This document shows, piece after piece, positions 25,700 to 39,017 of a stretch of DNA of 64,000 bases (the stretch's first letter is position 1; each line of letters starts with the position of its first letter). Under the pieces are notes generated by a model that made no database searches, was not told the origin of the DNA, and worked only from the letters and a program-made list of their open reading frames with translations. Source of the stretch: Eledone cirrhosa (Eukaryota); assembly GCA_964016885.1 (NCBI GenBank), contig OZ024742.1:214830001-214894000 (forward strand), given 5' to 3'. Made by a program: the position numbers and the translations under genes.

Positions 25700-26640
25700 C
25701 TGATTGAGAGAGAAATTTGTAGTAAGTCCCCTAGATATCATGGGAACATTGATATAAATAGAATATGATAATACCCAACCCTTTATAGAACACAAGAGAT
25801 TTCATATATGATAAGGACAAGTGTATTCGGATTAGGTGGTCATGTTAGCACTTTGCAGAATGTGTGGAGGGGGAAGGAGACAATGTCTTCGAATGCTCAC
25901 TACGTGCTCAGAACTGATATACAAAATACAGACATGATAATGTGATAGCAACAGTACAATAGTGGTTATGTAAAGAGTTTGGTTTTAAATATATTGAAAA
26001 ATGGTATGACCAATTGGTTACAAAAGAGATATAAGTGCAAAATGATAATCAAATGTTGTTTTAATAATTAGGTACGTTGCATTTATAGTAGAATGGTTGA
26101 TATTAGAATTCAAGCAAATAGATCAGAAAATTAAAACATTGCGCTCTATCTATCGAATATACACCATAAGGTAATGCAAAAAAGGCATTGGAAAACAGAG
26201 AAGGGAGGTAGGCGATTGCCGTGTGTACAGGATGCTATCAAAATAGAAGAAAAGCTCCTATTGGAGTTTGTCAGGGAATACATATTTGAGAAACATGGAG
26301 ATCTAAAAACCACAAAAAACGGATTGCTGAAGAGCAAAAAGAAGCATTTGATGTAAATCTCCTGCTTTCAGCTTTCCTTAAGGACAGAAGATGTATGTGA
26401 TATCAAGGATATTAGGCTGTTTTTACAGACACGCTACTATATAAAAGAAACAGAAGGATTTATATTAGCAACGCAAGGCCAAGCCACAATTAAAAGTTTG
26501 CGAATGAAAAACATTGATTGGAATGATATGCAAGTGGAATGCAGAGTTTTTATGGATAAAGCTCAGGCAGTTGCTAGCATCATTTCAGACTATAAGCAGT
26601 TAGACGAGACGGGTTGTAAAAAAGGCCGCTTGCATTCGTG
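25700..26640 (+). mobile_element. Old R4/Dong-clade RLE retrotransposon relic
   Basis: KGGRRL..VQDAIKIEE and IKETEGFILATQGQA match the post-RT region seen at 60440-60500 (KATEGMLMAAQEQAL). Confidence 0.6.
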
Positions 26641-26904
26641 ATCGTATTTTTCTGTCATTACTCAAGATTAATGGCCATAGGTAAGGGTTGGCATAAAGTA
26701 CCGAATTAAAGATAGTGAGTTTGGATTTTACACCTACCCGCCTTCTTCCGATTACCGAATGTTGAAACTGGTGTATTACTGCCGCAGCTCCTGCAATTCT
26801 TGCACTTAATTTAACCTACTGCCTTCCGTTAGAGTTGCTAGTGATAAACAGTCAAATAATCTATCTATCGATTTATTTCCCCTTTCTATCTCTCTCTCTC
26901 TCTT

Positions 26905-27060
<156 letters not shown>

Positions 27061-27082
27061 TGTATCTTTATATATATATATA

Positions 27083-27272
27083 TAATTGTTTCTACTTTAA
27101 GCACAAGGCCAGCAATTACCCAGTGCATTACTGGTACTTTATTTTATCGACCCCGTAAGGATGAAAGGCAAAGTCAACCTCGGTGTGATTTGAACTCAGA
27201 TCGTAAAGGGACGTAACTATGCTGGAAAGCATGGCGTCCGACCCTCTACCGATACTGCCAATCCACCGCCCT
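27083..27272 (-). mobile_element. tRNA-derived SINE with an internal deletion
   Basis: A-box TGGCAGTATCGG, B-box GAGTTCAAATC, body GGGGTCGATAAAATAAAGTACCAGT. Same family as 54867-55297. Confidence 0.88.
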
Positions 27273-27299
27273 ATACATATATAATGCACCCCATTCTGA

Positions 27300-27610
27300 A
27301 CTTGTTTATACAATTCTTTCTGCCTTTGTTACTCTAATTATAAATTATAGCTTTAAAGAATTAGCTTTTAATGAATTCCCTTTTCTATCAACCAATAACT
27401 TCTACCCACCCACACACCACCCTCTCCTACCACCTGAAGAGACCTATAAATACCATATTTATTTGTTGATACCCAGATTCCTGTTGATTTCTAAAGAATG
27501 AAACAGTTCTAGGCCTGTAGAATCTCATCTATATTAAAACTTTTATTCTCTACTATGTATTGAGTACCTTACTTACTGTGGTTACTTCCGATTCAACCCG
27601 TAATAACGTG
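27300..27610 (+). mobile_element. PLE pLTR/tail fragment
   Basis: 27480-27610 is near-identical to 48350-48480. It has a degenerate hammerhead core, the ATTGAGTAC tail motif, and ends in (TA)n. Confidence 0.65.
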
Positions 27611-27634
<24 letters not shown>

Positions 27635-27642
<8 letters not shown>

Positions 27643-27790
27643 TAACACATTAAAGTTTAAGCAAACAATCTCTGCTTTCACCCTTAATCTTTGCTTAAAC
27701 TTTAATCTTTTATTTTAATAAATATTTGCTCTAGGGTTCTTATATATTTGATATATATTTATCCTTATTTGTATTTTAGGCTTCACATTT
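27635..27790 (+). mobile_element. Small foldback-plus-tail element in (TA)n
   Basis: Arms 27635-27665 and 27690-27720. The right arm and tail match 56750-56870. Confidence 0.7.
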
Positions 27791-27824
27791 ATTATTATTG
27801 TTATTATTATTACTATATATATAT

Positions 27825-27980
27825 AGGAAAAAGTATGACCCCGACGGCAGAGCTCAAGCCGTTTCGACGGCTATTTCTGCCGTCGGGGTCATACTTTTTC
27901 CTATTTCCCACTCTACTACCCTATGTATTGAGTACTCTGGTGCGTTATGGTCCATCTGGTTCCTTACCACAATTCCTTTG
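27825..27980 (+). mobile_element. Mini foldback-plus-tail element, family H
   Basis: GGAAAAAGTATGACCCCGACGGCAGA and its reverse complement, then a ~77-nt tail, with (TA)n on both sides. Confidence 0.85.
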
Positions 27981-28612
27981 ATATATATATATATATATAT
28001 ATGCATAAGTATGTGGGGTTGGCCTCACCTCCCTATCACCCTACATTTGTTCTGCTGAATCACGTGTAATAATTGTAAAGTGTGTTTGTGCCTGACCGCG
28101 AATAATTGGATAAAGAAAATGGAGAAATATAATGAAGAAGAAAGAAGGAGTCAGTATGATTTACAATATTTACAATTTCATACGTCAGATTGTCACGATT
28201 GAGACTCGTGTGAAGAGAGATACGAAGATTAAACCACTCCCAACTCCGTGGCTTTTAAAGCAGTCGTCCATATCCTCCCTCGTCCGAATCAGTAGGACGG
28301 TGGATCCGGCCTACGTCTGGTGTTTCCAACTCTAATCCTATTGACGATGCTTAATAGGCTTGCATTTTTGGAAAATTCAGGCAGATGAACTCAGTGTAAT
28401 TTCGAAATCCTGAGTATACTAATGGATGAATCAACTACCAGTTGCATGCTAGACGATGTGCTTTTCTTTTCGATTCATTGGAACGTTTTGCATCCCTCGG
28501 AATAACCCGGTTTGTTCCAGATATGATGAAAAACCAACTACATTTGAGGTGACCATCAAGGAAAGCGGATCTCTAGTATATGTAAATACCAAATCATGAT
28601 AGAAATCTGCCT

Positions 28613-28691
<79 letters not shown>

Positions 28692-28799
28692 AAAGTAGAG
28701 ATTTGACTGCGAGCTCCTGCGAATTTGGCTAATAACCTCTTTAAATCTCTTCAGTCTTAAACAGATTATTATCTAAAGGCGCCCATTACTATATCCATT

Positions 28800-29430
28800 C
28801 TGCATATATATATATGTGTGTTTAGTAATATACGCCTCACTGTAGTTTTTTTTATAAAAAGAACACCCTTATCCTTCCCCAACAGCGGCAACACTAAATA
28901 TAAACAATATTAAACACTATGACAACATGACATCTAGGTTTTATGTATACGTTTACACTTTGTTGTAAACGTTTGTGTTTTTTTCTAAATATCATTTGCA
29001 TGTCTACTAAAAGTGACAGTTCATCGGAAGTCCATAAAACCAGATTGAAATATGATTCCGCCGACATTCTGCAAAATAGTGAATGTGTCAATTTATAGAA
29101 GGTAGATTTATTAATGTACAGATGTATGTAAGGAATGATAAACGCTTCCGCCATATTGTTTTGTTAGGATGTGCTTAGGCAGCATTATCTATCTGTTTGG
29201 TTGGTTTTTGAGTATTGTACGCTATCTTCTAGCTTCATTATATGATTCGTTATTTTCTTTTTTCTATGGCATGTTAATGTTTTCATATTATGCTTATTCT
29301 GAATACCATTGCCCCGATAATCTATGAGGATATTAAAATGATGTTATTATTATTTGACATGTATCTTTGCGCTTGGTGCTTGCTGCCAATTTCGTTTAGG
29401 CTGCTTTATTTAGTTCTTTCTAATACCTAC
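28800..29430 (-). mobile_element. Highly degenerate PLE fragment (thumb and GIY-YIG)
   Basis: Broken NIVYI..CCRC-like and IIGAMVFRI-like translations. Confidence 0.35.
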
Positions 29431-29574
29431 ACTCGCCATAAACATATTAAATATCGATAAACACTTCTAAAACAAACGATTAACAAATGACGAGATAAAC
29501 ATAATAGAAGTAAACATAGATATAGAAATTCATTACTTGCAGTGTATTTATATATATATACAATATATATATAA

Positions 29575-29593
<19 letters not shown>

Positions 29594-29660
<67 letters not shown>
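29594..29660. repeat. (TG)n microsatellite
   Basis: Perfect dinucleotide run. Confidence 0.97.
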
Positions 29661-29664
<4 letters not shown>

Positions 29665-31660
29665 CCTAAACAGAAATGACAACACAATCGGTACAATATG
29701 TGATATATGGAAGATATATATTAGGTTAACGCTTGAAATAGCAGGAAGAGAATATATAAGAATAAAAAGGGACAAGTTGATGTGTGGTTTCTAATAAAGT
29801 GTTTAGAAATGTAAGGGAACACAAATGTAAGACAATTCCTCTCTTCAGTTGTCTGCTGTGGGTCTCCGATGTTTCGACGCATTAAAGACAAAACATCTAA
29901 GCACAGTACGTTAATAACTTCAGATAGTGATTAGGGAAGGAAAAGACAAAAAAGAGATGATAGCGAAGAGAAAGAAAATAAAAAAGACCCCTCACCCCCT
30001 CACCGAAAACATACTGACAGAGAGGGGCAAACTAAGTTAAATTAAGTATCCCCTACATGTAGTATACACAAGTGAGATATGTTTGTAATCTATCAGCTCA
30101 AACTATGTTTCCTCGTGATCAGGCTCGACTCTGGTTTCGATAATGAATCAGACAAGTGATATTCGAACGTCTGAAATTTCCCCTCCCATACCAATATATA
30201 TACACGTAAATTGCTCCAGATCTTCTCCATCAGCACCTCGTATCTGGCCTCAGGGTAAGCGGCACAGAGTTCGTCCTTGAAAGCTCCCCAGTCGTAAATA
30301 TCTCTCTGGGGATTTGTCTGATGCTTTCTTAAACTCACGCAGACTTCATTCATAACAAGCCGATGGTGACAGCCCTGTTTAGTGAAATGAATGCAGGGTT
30401 CACTGTTCAGAACTCAGTTTCTCCTCACCAGAATGAAATCAATCTGGGATTTGGTCAGGAGAATATTAGAAATGTAATTCCACATCTTCCACGGCTTCTT
30501 CCTAAACCTTATGCTGGTTGCCACCAGGTTCGCCTCAAGCAGTTTGTGCCTCGGTATTCTTCCCGTTTATGGATTATATATATACTAAACCACCCGTGAC
30601 CCGTTCGGTCACGTTCGTTTAAAAGTATTTTATGAAATCATGTTCACTTAAAAATAATTTTTAAATAATTAAGATATACAGAGACATGTATATAATGTAA
30701 AATGACATTGGAAGACCCATATATACATATGTGTGTGTATGTGTGTGTGTGTATACAAACATATATACACACATATATGGGTGTCTGTGATCTATATACA
30801 CTCGTCGCGGGAATACACACACACACGCAGGCACACACACACAAACACACACACACACACACACATATACAAACACGTTCACATATATACACAAACTTAG
30901 AAACCCTTCCTATTTAGCAGGAAATATTCGCTACACTTATCCTGTCCCAAAACAAGTTATACTATACATATGACTTAATAATTATTCACAAAATGTTAGC
31001 TGGATATAGGTAGGCTGTATTGGTTTATTTGAAGTCACATGTTATAATTTCATTCAACAACACCATCATCTCTCTCTCTCTCTCTCCTCCATTTTCGTTT
31101 TCTGTCTCCTCTCTCTATGTCTCTCATTGCAATCTACACTTTCTCTCTATGTTATCCCCTCTCTCTATATATATATATGTTTATGAAGTTACCTGGAAAC
31201 ACCCTGCATCTCTGATGCCGGTGCCCCCATTGAGGCGAAAACCTTTTAATTCCATTTGTATTCACATTTTAGGGTAAAATTCATTTCAAAGTATATCTCA
31301 TCCCGCGCCGTGTAGGCTGTATTAAATTGCAGACAAGCATGCAAAATACAACCACAGGGTTTTGTATATATGTATATATATATATATATACATTTCGCTC
31401 TACATGGTTGAATACAATAAAGGTAATCATTAGAACATTAGTGTCTGCAATTCTGTTCGCATGCCAACACAAGAGCAAGAATGAAGTGTTCATTCTACTG
31501 ACATGGCTATAAAATTGAGGCTTGTTTGTGTAATTGCAAACGAATCGAATGTTAATATTAATCTTCGAAAAATTCAGATTACATTTATTATGTATATATA
31601 TATATATATATATATACGATATTAAACAAATGGAAACTATATTTATAAAAAAACATATTC

Positions 31661-31724
31661 ATTTCGTTATATATATTTCTGGGATATCATATTAAAAATA
31701 TGGTATGCCTTCCTCAGACAAAAT
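31661..31724 (-). ncRNA. Type I minimal hammerhead ribozyme (inverted arm copy)
   Basis: Reverse complement of 34856-34919. Confidence 0.8.
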
Positions 31725-31758
31725 ACAATATATAAGCTGTTTTATAAATAAATTTGAC

Positions 31759-32340
31759 TGGCAAGTCATTTTCAAAATTTCTCTTGTGATCTTTCATATT
31801 GATCTTGGGTTTCCTGGGCACGAAAGGTTGTGTTTTGTTCTCAATTTCCAACTCATGCATTATACAAGATGCCTCAACATTCATTTTCTCAAGTTCAGCC
31901 TTATCTGCTACCTTGTACTTTTTCCTTAGTTCTTTCAGTATGAGGCCATTATACATGTCTTTTTCCACTCCATAGAGGTTGTTGGTTTTGTCCGATTTCA
32001 CCAAGATCTTCTCTGTTCTCTCTAAGCTCACAATATTATCCTTAATGCTTTTCAGATATTCCTGGCCATTGAAGTTTCCTTTGAATTTGACTCCTTGTAT
32101 GATAGAAATCATATCGTTTTCAAAATCAGTTAAAAGTTTGTTGGGGGGGGGGGGGTTAGATTTGAAGACTTTGTCTAGGTCTGAGACATTTTCATTTATA
32201 TTAGATTTATCAAAGTGGAATGCACGCCACCTGATTCTCCTTATAAAAGAGTCTGATTTATCTATTAGTTGTTTAATAAAGTCCTTGTTTCTAGGTAGAG
32301 GTATGTCTTTTAGAGAAGAAGAGATCTTAAAGAATTCCAT
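31759..32340 (-). pseudogene. PLE ORF N-terminal segment, inverted
   Basis: SLKDIPLP..FIKQLIDKSDSFIRRIRWRAFHF, VKSDKTNNLY and MKDHKRNF are typical of the Penelope N-terminal and early RT region. Confidence 0.85.
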
Positions 32341-32362
32341 TTTTTTCAGTTATAATAAAACG

Positions 32363-33603
32363 GACCTTGTGGGCCTATTTATAATTAATTCGCTGCATAG
32401 GAAAATACCCGGTGTTACCGGAGGTTTATATAGAGATGACATGCTTTTACTTATTGAAAATAATAACTCTGAACTAAATAGAAAAAGAAAACAAATTATA
32501 CAATTTTTTAATTACCTTAATCTAAAAATAGAAATTGAGAATAACCATAGAATAGTCAATTTCCTAGACGTAACATTAAATCTCAACATATGTCTTCACT
32601 ATCCATTTCACAAGTTAAATGAAAACTTGAATTATGTCAATTTTAGCTCCAATCACCCCAGATCTGTCAAAAATACTATAGTGAACTCTGTTCAAAAACG
32701 TATCTCTAGAATCTCATCCAATAAAAATATTTTTGACGAAAAAGCCCAGTATTATAATGAAGCGTTAGCTAGAGCAGGATATAGTGATAAAATTATGTAC
32801 ATCGATAATAGACAAACTAACCAAAATAACAACAATTTTGTTTACAGTAACAACTTTAACAACTATAATAGAAAGCATTACAATAATTCCAAAAACCAGA
32901 AAAGAAATAGAACTAGAAATATAATATGGTTTGCCCCCCCCCCCCCCCTTTCTCACTAAACATTAAAACCCACATCGCTAAACTATTTTTTAATGCTCTT
33001 GACAAACGCTTCCCTAGAACACATAAGTATCACTCAATTTTCAATAGACATACTATAAAATTAACATACTCGTCCACCAAAAATTTAGCACAAAATATTA
33101 ATAGAATAAATAATAGGAATCTAAAACCTAGCCAAAATACCGAAAATAGCCTAAACAATATTCAAATAAACAACTGTAACTGTAGAGATAGATCTAAATG
33201 TCCGCTAAATAACAATTGCTTAGTTAAAAATATAATATACAACTGTAATGTTAAAACTGACTTAAATTCTTTTAATTATGTTGGTTCCACCTCGACAGAA
33301 TTTAAACTTCGCTATAATAATCACAAGAATTCTTTCACGGATCCAAATAAAAAATCTTCAACATCACTATCAGGCTTACTCTGGCAACTTAAACATGATA
33401 AAGTTGGATATTCGATGGTTTGGAATATAGTCTCAAAAGGGATTCCTTTTAATTCCTCTTCGGAGACATGTGACCTCTGCGCGGAGGAGATATTCTTTAT
33501 ACTAAAATCTAAAAATTCCCTTAATTTACGGACCAATTTATTCAGCTGCTGCAGACATAGATTGAACTCAACTTTTAAATATAAATATAAATTTAAAATG
33601 TAG
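32363..33603 (+). pseudogene. PLE RT C-terminal half plus GIY-YIG endonuclease
   Basis: DLVGLF, GLYRDD, VNFLDVTLNL, SNHP, CNC..CPL..CL, YVGST..FKLRYNNHK, CDLCAEE and CRH. The single frameshift lies in the poly-C run near 32940. Confidence 0.92.
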
Positions 33604-34855
33604 TATAAAATGTAGTATATTTACTTAAGATATATAACTATTTATGAAACTTGGCGATAAATCTTTCGATTCCTTCAATTTTTTAAAACCTTTCTGCATG
33701 AATATATAATTAATGAGATTAATTAAACTACCCTAAAATTGGCGGTGTTCCCAATATTTTGAATACATTTTTAAGCTAGATAAACTTCTATAATAAATAT
33801 AAGAGCATTTGTAGAATAAGTTTTTGAATGATTTCTGCTAAATAAGTTTTGTTGAACAATTTTGGTTTTTGTTTGCTTTTGATTCTGATTGCTTCTAATG
33901 AACTTGACAACATATTGTCAAATAAATTGGAAGGGTGGTTTTATGTGGTTGATATGCGTGGCATACTATGTTTTCTTACGTCCCTAGATACTCTGAGGAG
34001 TGACGAAGATATTCTTGGCGTTTTTAATTTTTAATATATTGATATCTGTTGTCTACTCTATGCTTGAACGATAATCATGTAAGTGAGGGCAGGAATATTA
34101 CTATTAACATTAATGTATATTTTATGTCTATATATATATGTACATATATGTATGGTGGAATCTTTTGTAACGCAATGAAGATTTTCATGAAAAATAAGAA
34201 TTTGCGGAGCATATCACGTAAGTTCACATGTGTGTCTATAATTGTCAACTTGAATTTGAGATAACCTTCTCTTTTCTCTTTTTTCTTTTTTCATGAGAAT
34301 GCATATATACTTATGTATTTTTGAAGTTTTGTCTCAGATTTTGCTTATAGACCTAAGAATTTTAAAACTAAGCATGGGGTCAATTTTTTCACACATTATG
34401 GATATGTGTCTCATTCATGAATATTGATATTTACATTATAATACCTAATTCATAAAAATTGATAATTCAAATGGATGAGACATAATATATTTTAAATATA
34501 TCATCTTTCTTTCTTTTTCTCCTCTACACTTGACGGGATTTATGTGTCGGCTGTTTTAACTGTATCCCTTCCCTCCTTAACCTCTCACTTGTACGCTGAT
34601 CATCTGTCCCCAAGCTGCCTACCATTTTTTTCACTTCCTCAATATATTTCTCTCTCCCATATCTCCTTTTCTCTCTCTATCTCGCTCTGTTGTTTTTATT
34701 TACATACATCTCTTCATCTTCTTCTTTTTATCTTTCTCCGTCTTTCTTTCTCTATAACTGTCCTTAACAGTTTCACTACCAAATCAACTTTTTAAATGGA
34801 AGTTGCATTATTCTAAGGTATGTCAAATTTATTTATAAAACAGCTTATATATTGT

Positions 34856-34919
34856 ATTTTGTCTGAGGAAGGCATACCATATTTTTAATATGATATCCCA
34901 GAAATATATATAACGAAAT
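34856..34919 (+). ncRNA. Type I minimal hammerhead ribozyme
   Basis: ATTTTGT-CTGAGGA-stem II-GAAA-TATATA-TA-ACGAAAT. Confidence 0.8.
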
Positions 34920-35048
34920 AAATATGGTTTTATAAATATAGTTTCCATTTGTTTAATATCGTAAACCTACTCCAAAAACTGTTGAGTGCTTTTATATCAG
35001 TTATAAAATATTTACTCGTTGTAACCCAACAATTTTAAATAAAACTTT

Positions 35049-35105
<57 letters not shown>

Positions 35106-35114
35106 ATATATATA

Positions 35115-35164
<50 letters not shown>

Positions 35165-35168
<4 letters not shown>

Positions 35169-35325
35169 AACCAGTAAGACCCCGACAGCTGAGCTCAAGC
35201 CGTTTCGACGGCTTGAGCTCAGCTGTCGGGGTCTTACTGGTTCCTATTACCCACTCTACTACCTCAAGTATTGAGTACTTTGGTGCGTTATGGTCCACCT
35301 GGTTCCTTACCACATTTCCTTCGTT
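35165..35325 (+). mobile_element. Mini foldback-plus-tail element, family H (perfect hairpin)
   Basis: GGAACCAGTAAGACCCCGACAGCTGAGCTCAAGCCGT-TTCG-exact reverse complement, then the tail. (TA)n flanks. Confidence 0.9.
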
Positions 35326-35534
35326 ATATATATATATATATATATATACTTTCCTGTATATATATATATATAAATATATAAGGATTAAAATACTTGAGCG
35401 TGTTGGAGTTAAACACCCTCTTCGTATCTTCGTATTATAGAAATGACAGTAAAAGGTATAGCTCAATGTAATTAAACAGAGCCGAAGAATTATGAAAATA
35501 AAACAAAGAAGCCTTCAATACATCAAAAGTCTTT

Positions 35535-35579
35535 ATTAGCCAACAATGTTTCGTCCTATTAAGGACTCATCAGGGCAAT
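35535..35579 (-). ncRNA. Type I minimal hammerhead ribozyme within a pLTR-like relic (~35380-35800)
   Basis: TTGCC-CTGATGA-GTCCttaataGGAC-GAAA-CATTG-TT-GGC. Confidence 0.88.
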
Positions 35580-35971
35580 CAAAACCACATGAAGCACTAT
35601 CGGCCAATACAAGCCGAAAACTCCGAAGAATATGGAGTGTACATACACTAAAGTATTGGAAGATTATTGGTAAAAATATATAATAAAAATCACTAAGGAG
35701 GTGGATAACATTTTGAACCATATTACAAATATAGTCCAAAGCAAAAAACTAGAGCTAAACAAAGGTGGTTATGTAGAGCAGGAATTATAGTACTATATGC
35801 AATACAATATAATATAATATAATATACTTGTAACAATATTAAAATAAAAATAAAAATTAAAAGGCACAATATACATATGTATATATATACGCACACGTAC
35901 GCACATATACATATACATCAATACACATTTCCATCATTTCCATTTCCATCACACATTTCCATATTTTCATA

Positions 35972-36045
<74 letters not shown>

Positions 36046-36077
36046 AGATCAAAAGATGGTTAAAGGAGTTACATGTA

Positions 36078-36144
36078 TTTTATTATGCGCATTTCAAAAA
36101 CAAACATCATCATGCAATAATATTTGTGTTTTCATCAGATAAAA
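36078..36144 (-). ncRNA. Type I minimal hammerhead ribozyme within a pLTR-like relic (~36045-37160)
   Basis: TTTTAT-CTGATGA-long stem II-GAAA-TGCGCA-TA-ATAAAA. Confidence 0.82.
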
Positions 36145-36240
36145 CAGGAGAACATGATATGAAGGCTAAAAAACACTTGTGGATAGTGCAGTTTTAAATC
36201 AACATATGAAAAGTGATTTTAGATTGATGTGTGATATTGG

Positions 36241-36627
36241 GAAAAATATTTTATTTAGAGAGGGGGGGGTGGAAAGGATGAAAAGGGGGAGGAGATGAGA
36301 GGGAGAGATGGGTGATAGAGAGAAAGAGATAGTTTTTATAACTGAGAGGAGATATATTGTTTTACATAGAGAGGTTGAAAACCGTTGGAAGATAATGTAT
36401 AAATTAAAAGAATTTGAAAATTAACGAGGAAAAAATATTTTATTTAGGGAGGGGGGGGATGAAAAAAGGGGGAGGAGATGAGAGTGAAGGTGAAGAGGGA
36501 CAGATGGGTGATAGAGAGAAAGAGATAGTTTTTATAACTGAGAAAAAGATATATTGTTTTACATAGAGGGGTTGAGAACCGTTGGAAGATAATGTATAAA
36601 TTAAAGGAATTTGAAAATTAACGAAGG
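36241..36627. repeat. Tandem duplication of a ~190-bp purine-rich unit
   Basis: 36241-36429 and 36430-36627 share long identical blocks, such as GGGTGATAGAGAGAAAGAGATAGTTTTTATAACTGAGA. Confidence 0.9.
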
Positions 36628-37160
36628 GAATTTATGTATGAAGATAGAGAGAAAAAATAATAATTGTGGATAAATATTCTAACGTCAAAAAAAGTGTATG
36701 TTGATAAGTATTGTGGCAATTTCAAAATTAACGAAGAGAAAAATTATTAAGGTTTGTGTGTAGAAGGATTTGAGAAAAATAATGTGAAGTTAAAGTTTGT
36801 ATATTGAAGGAATTGATAATATATGCGAATAAAGAGTTAATATGTATTAAGAATGAGTTCGTTGATGGGGAGAAAAAAATAATAAATTAAGGATGAAATT
36901 GAGATTAAAAAGATTTATGATAGAGAGAAAAAATAATAATGATTGCGGATGAATATTCTAACGTCAAAAAAACAAATGTATATGTTATGAAGGATTTTAC
37001 AAGGTGAAGATAGAATGAAGGTAATGAGTAAACAAGTATTATAGAGTGTATAATGCCCTTTAAAGTAAGGTGGGAAGATGGGAATATTTTAAAGAGGTGT
37101 ATGTATTTGAGAAAAGATTCTAAATTGATAAAGAATTGAATATTAACTGTATACTTTGTG

Positions 37161-37206
<46 letters not shown>

Positions 37207-37463
37207 TCAAAATAAACGAACACCAACAAGAACGCCACATTACCACCACCATATATATATATATATGCTAAAAAGATCGTGAAAGAGATGTAAAATCGCA
37301 ACTGTGGCAGCAATTTGTTTCAGATTCAGTGTTAAGCAAGTATTTTGTCAGCTTAGCGCCGCGGTTGTTATTATACATATCTCTATACCCACTCTGCATT
37401 TCCCCATGCATTGAGTAGTGCCATGATTATTGGTCGCTTGGGTGTCAATACCAACATCCCCCC

Positions 37464-37530
<67 letters not shown>

Positions 37531-37531
37531 A

Positions 37532-37572
<41 letters not shown>

Positions 37573-37603
37573 ACTCTCTCTCTCTCTCTCTATCTATCTC
37601 TCT

Positions 37604-37676
<73 letters not shown>
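37464..37676. repeat. Compound (CT)n/(CA)n/(TA)n microsatellite
   Basis: Three alternations of CT and CA blocks. Confidence 0.95.
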
Positions 37677-38774
37677 CGCACAATGATATTAAATAAATGG
37701 AAACTATATTTATAAAACCATATTTATTCTATAATATATATTTTAAGGATATCAAACATTTGGTACGCTTTCATCAGATAAAATGCAAAGTGTGTTTTAT
37801 AAATTTTTACATAGCCAAGGAAACATACCTTATCAGTTGAATTTTCCTTGGGTAGTGCGATTAAACAACGGATTTTTCATACTTTTAGGATGAGTATGCA
37901 AATGAATATATAAATAAGGTTGAGTTATATGATTGAAAAACCGTTATTTTAAACGCTATGGGAAGTTTAGATATATTAGTAAGAGGAAAAGAAAGAAAGA
38001 AGAATAAGGAAAAGGAAAAAGAAAAAAGAAGAAGGAAAAGGAAAAAGAAGACCACTTATATCCGTTAATTCGGGGGAAATAAATTTGAATATATTATGCA
38101 TATATTTATATGGAGAATTATGTTTGTAAGTATTAGTCTTATTATTGTAGTGGGTTAAATATATAAATATCTATATATATTTTAATAATAACATATGTAT
38201 TATTATTAAAGAGATAATTTGCAATTATTAGTTGTTTTTAATATGAGTTACGAGGGAGTTGATTTTGTGGTTTATGTAGATAAATAACTAAATACATAAA
38301 TAGGTAGTTCAAATTTTAGGTGGTTGTTTATAATATGAGTTATATGTTATATGAGGAATGTTGATTTTGTATTTTATGTAAATAAATAGGTAGTTAAAAT
38401 TATGGATTTATATATTTGGATAACTTGTTCGGCTTTGAGAATGTTTTTAATTAACGGAGTTAGGTATAATAAGTTTATATGATTGGGAAAGGAAAGATAA
38501 CACCAATTTTGTTTGTTAATCGATAATTTTTTTAAGAGTTAGTGTGAGATTAATTAATTATTTAGTCGAAAGAAATGTGAATATTTAAACATCGTCTTGA
38601 ATAGGATACATTTTTCTAAAGTCAGTTCATGGTTATTAAACTACGTTTAAAAAATAGCTTTGGAGGCTGTCATTGGAAAAATATAATGTAAGAATTAAAG
38701 AATTAAAAACTTAAAATTATATAGATATACATAAATATATATAAATATCTATACACATATATATATGTAAATTA

Positions 38775-38811
<37 letters not shown>

Positions 38812-38952
38812 TAAAAGTTAAACAATATTCAATGAATATATCAAAGAATGAGTTTTACAATAGATTGGAAGCACTCAACAGAAAAAGGTTTTCCAGGGTT
38901 ATTAATATTATTTCAAAATATTAACAAAATAGATATTCTTATGATCAATTAT

Positions 38953-39017
38953 ATTTTATTATATAGATTTCAGAGGTACTGAGTTAAATTCAACAGTACG
39001 TCGTCATCAGATAAAAT
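38953..39017 (-). ncRNA. Type I minimal hammerhead ribozyme in a nested pLTR-plus-tail (~38810-39400)
   Basis: ATTTTAT-CTGATGA-stem II (GTACTG/CAGTAC)-GAAA-TCTATA-TA-ATAAAAT. Confidence 0.82.

Larger units (their letters stand above)
31617..35052 (+). mobile_element. Penelope-like element with inverted 5' portion, terminal inverted pLTR arms and 3' tail, in (TA)n
   Basis: Arms 31617-31758 and 34823-34961 are near-identical reverse complements. RT and GIY-YIG coding segments lie between them, and the tail is 34962-35052. Confidence 0.92.

Noticed and set aside
30090-30600. Possible LTR-retrotransposon gag fragment (DWGAFKDELCAAYP)
   Set aside because: Weak resemblance only, with no LTR, PBS or pol found.
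31979-32959. 326-aa ORF as a single gene
   Set aside because: Its first ~128 codons are antisense to the inverted N-terminal segment. Only 32363 onward is RT.
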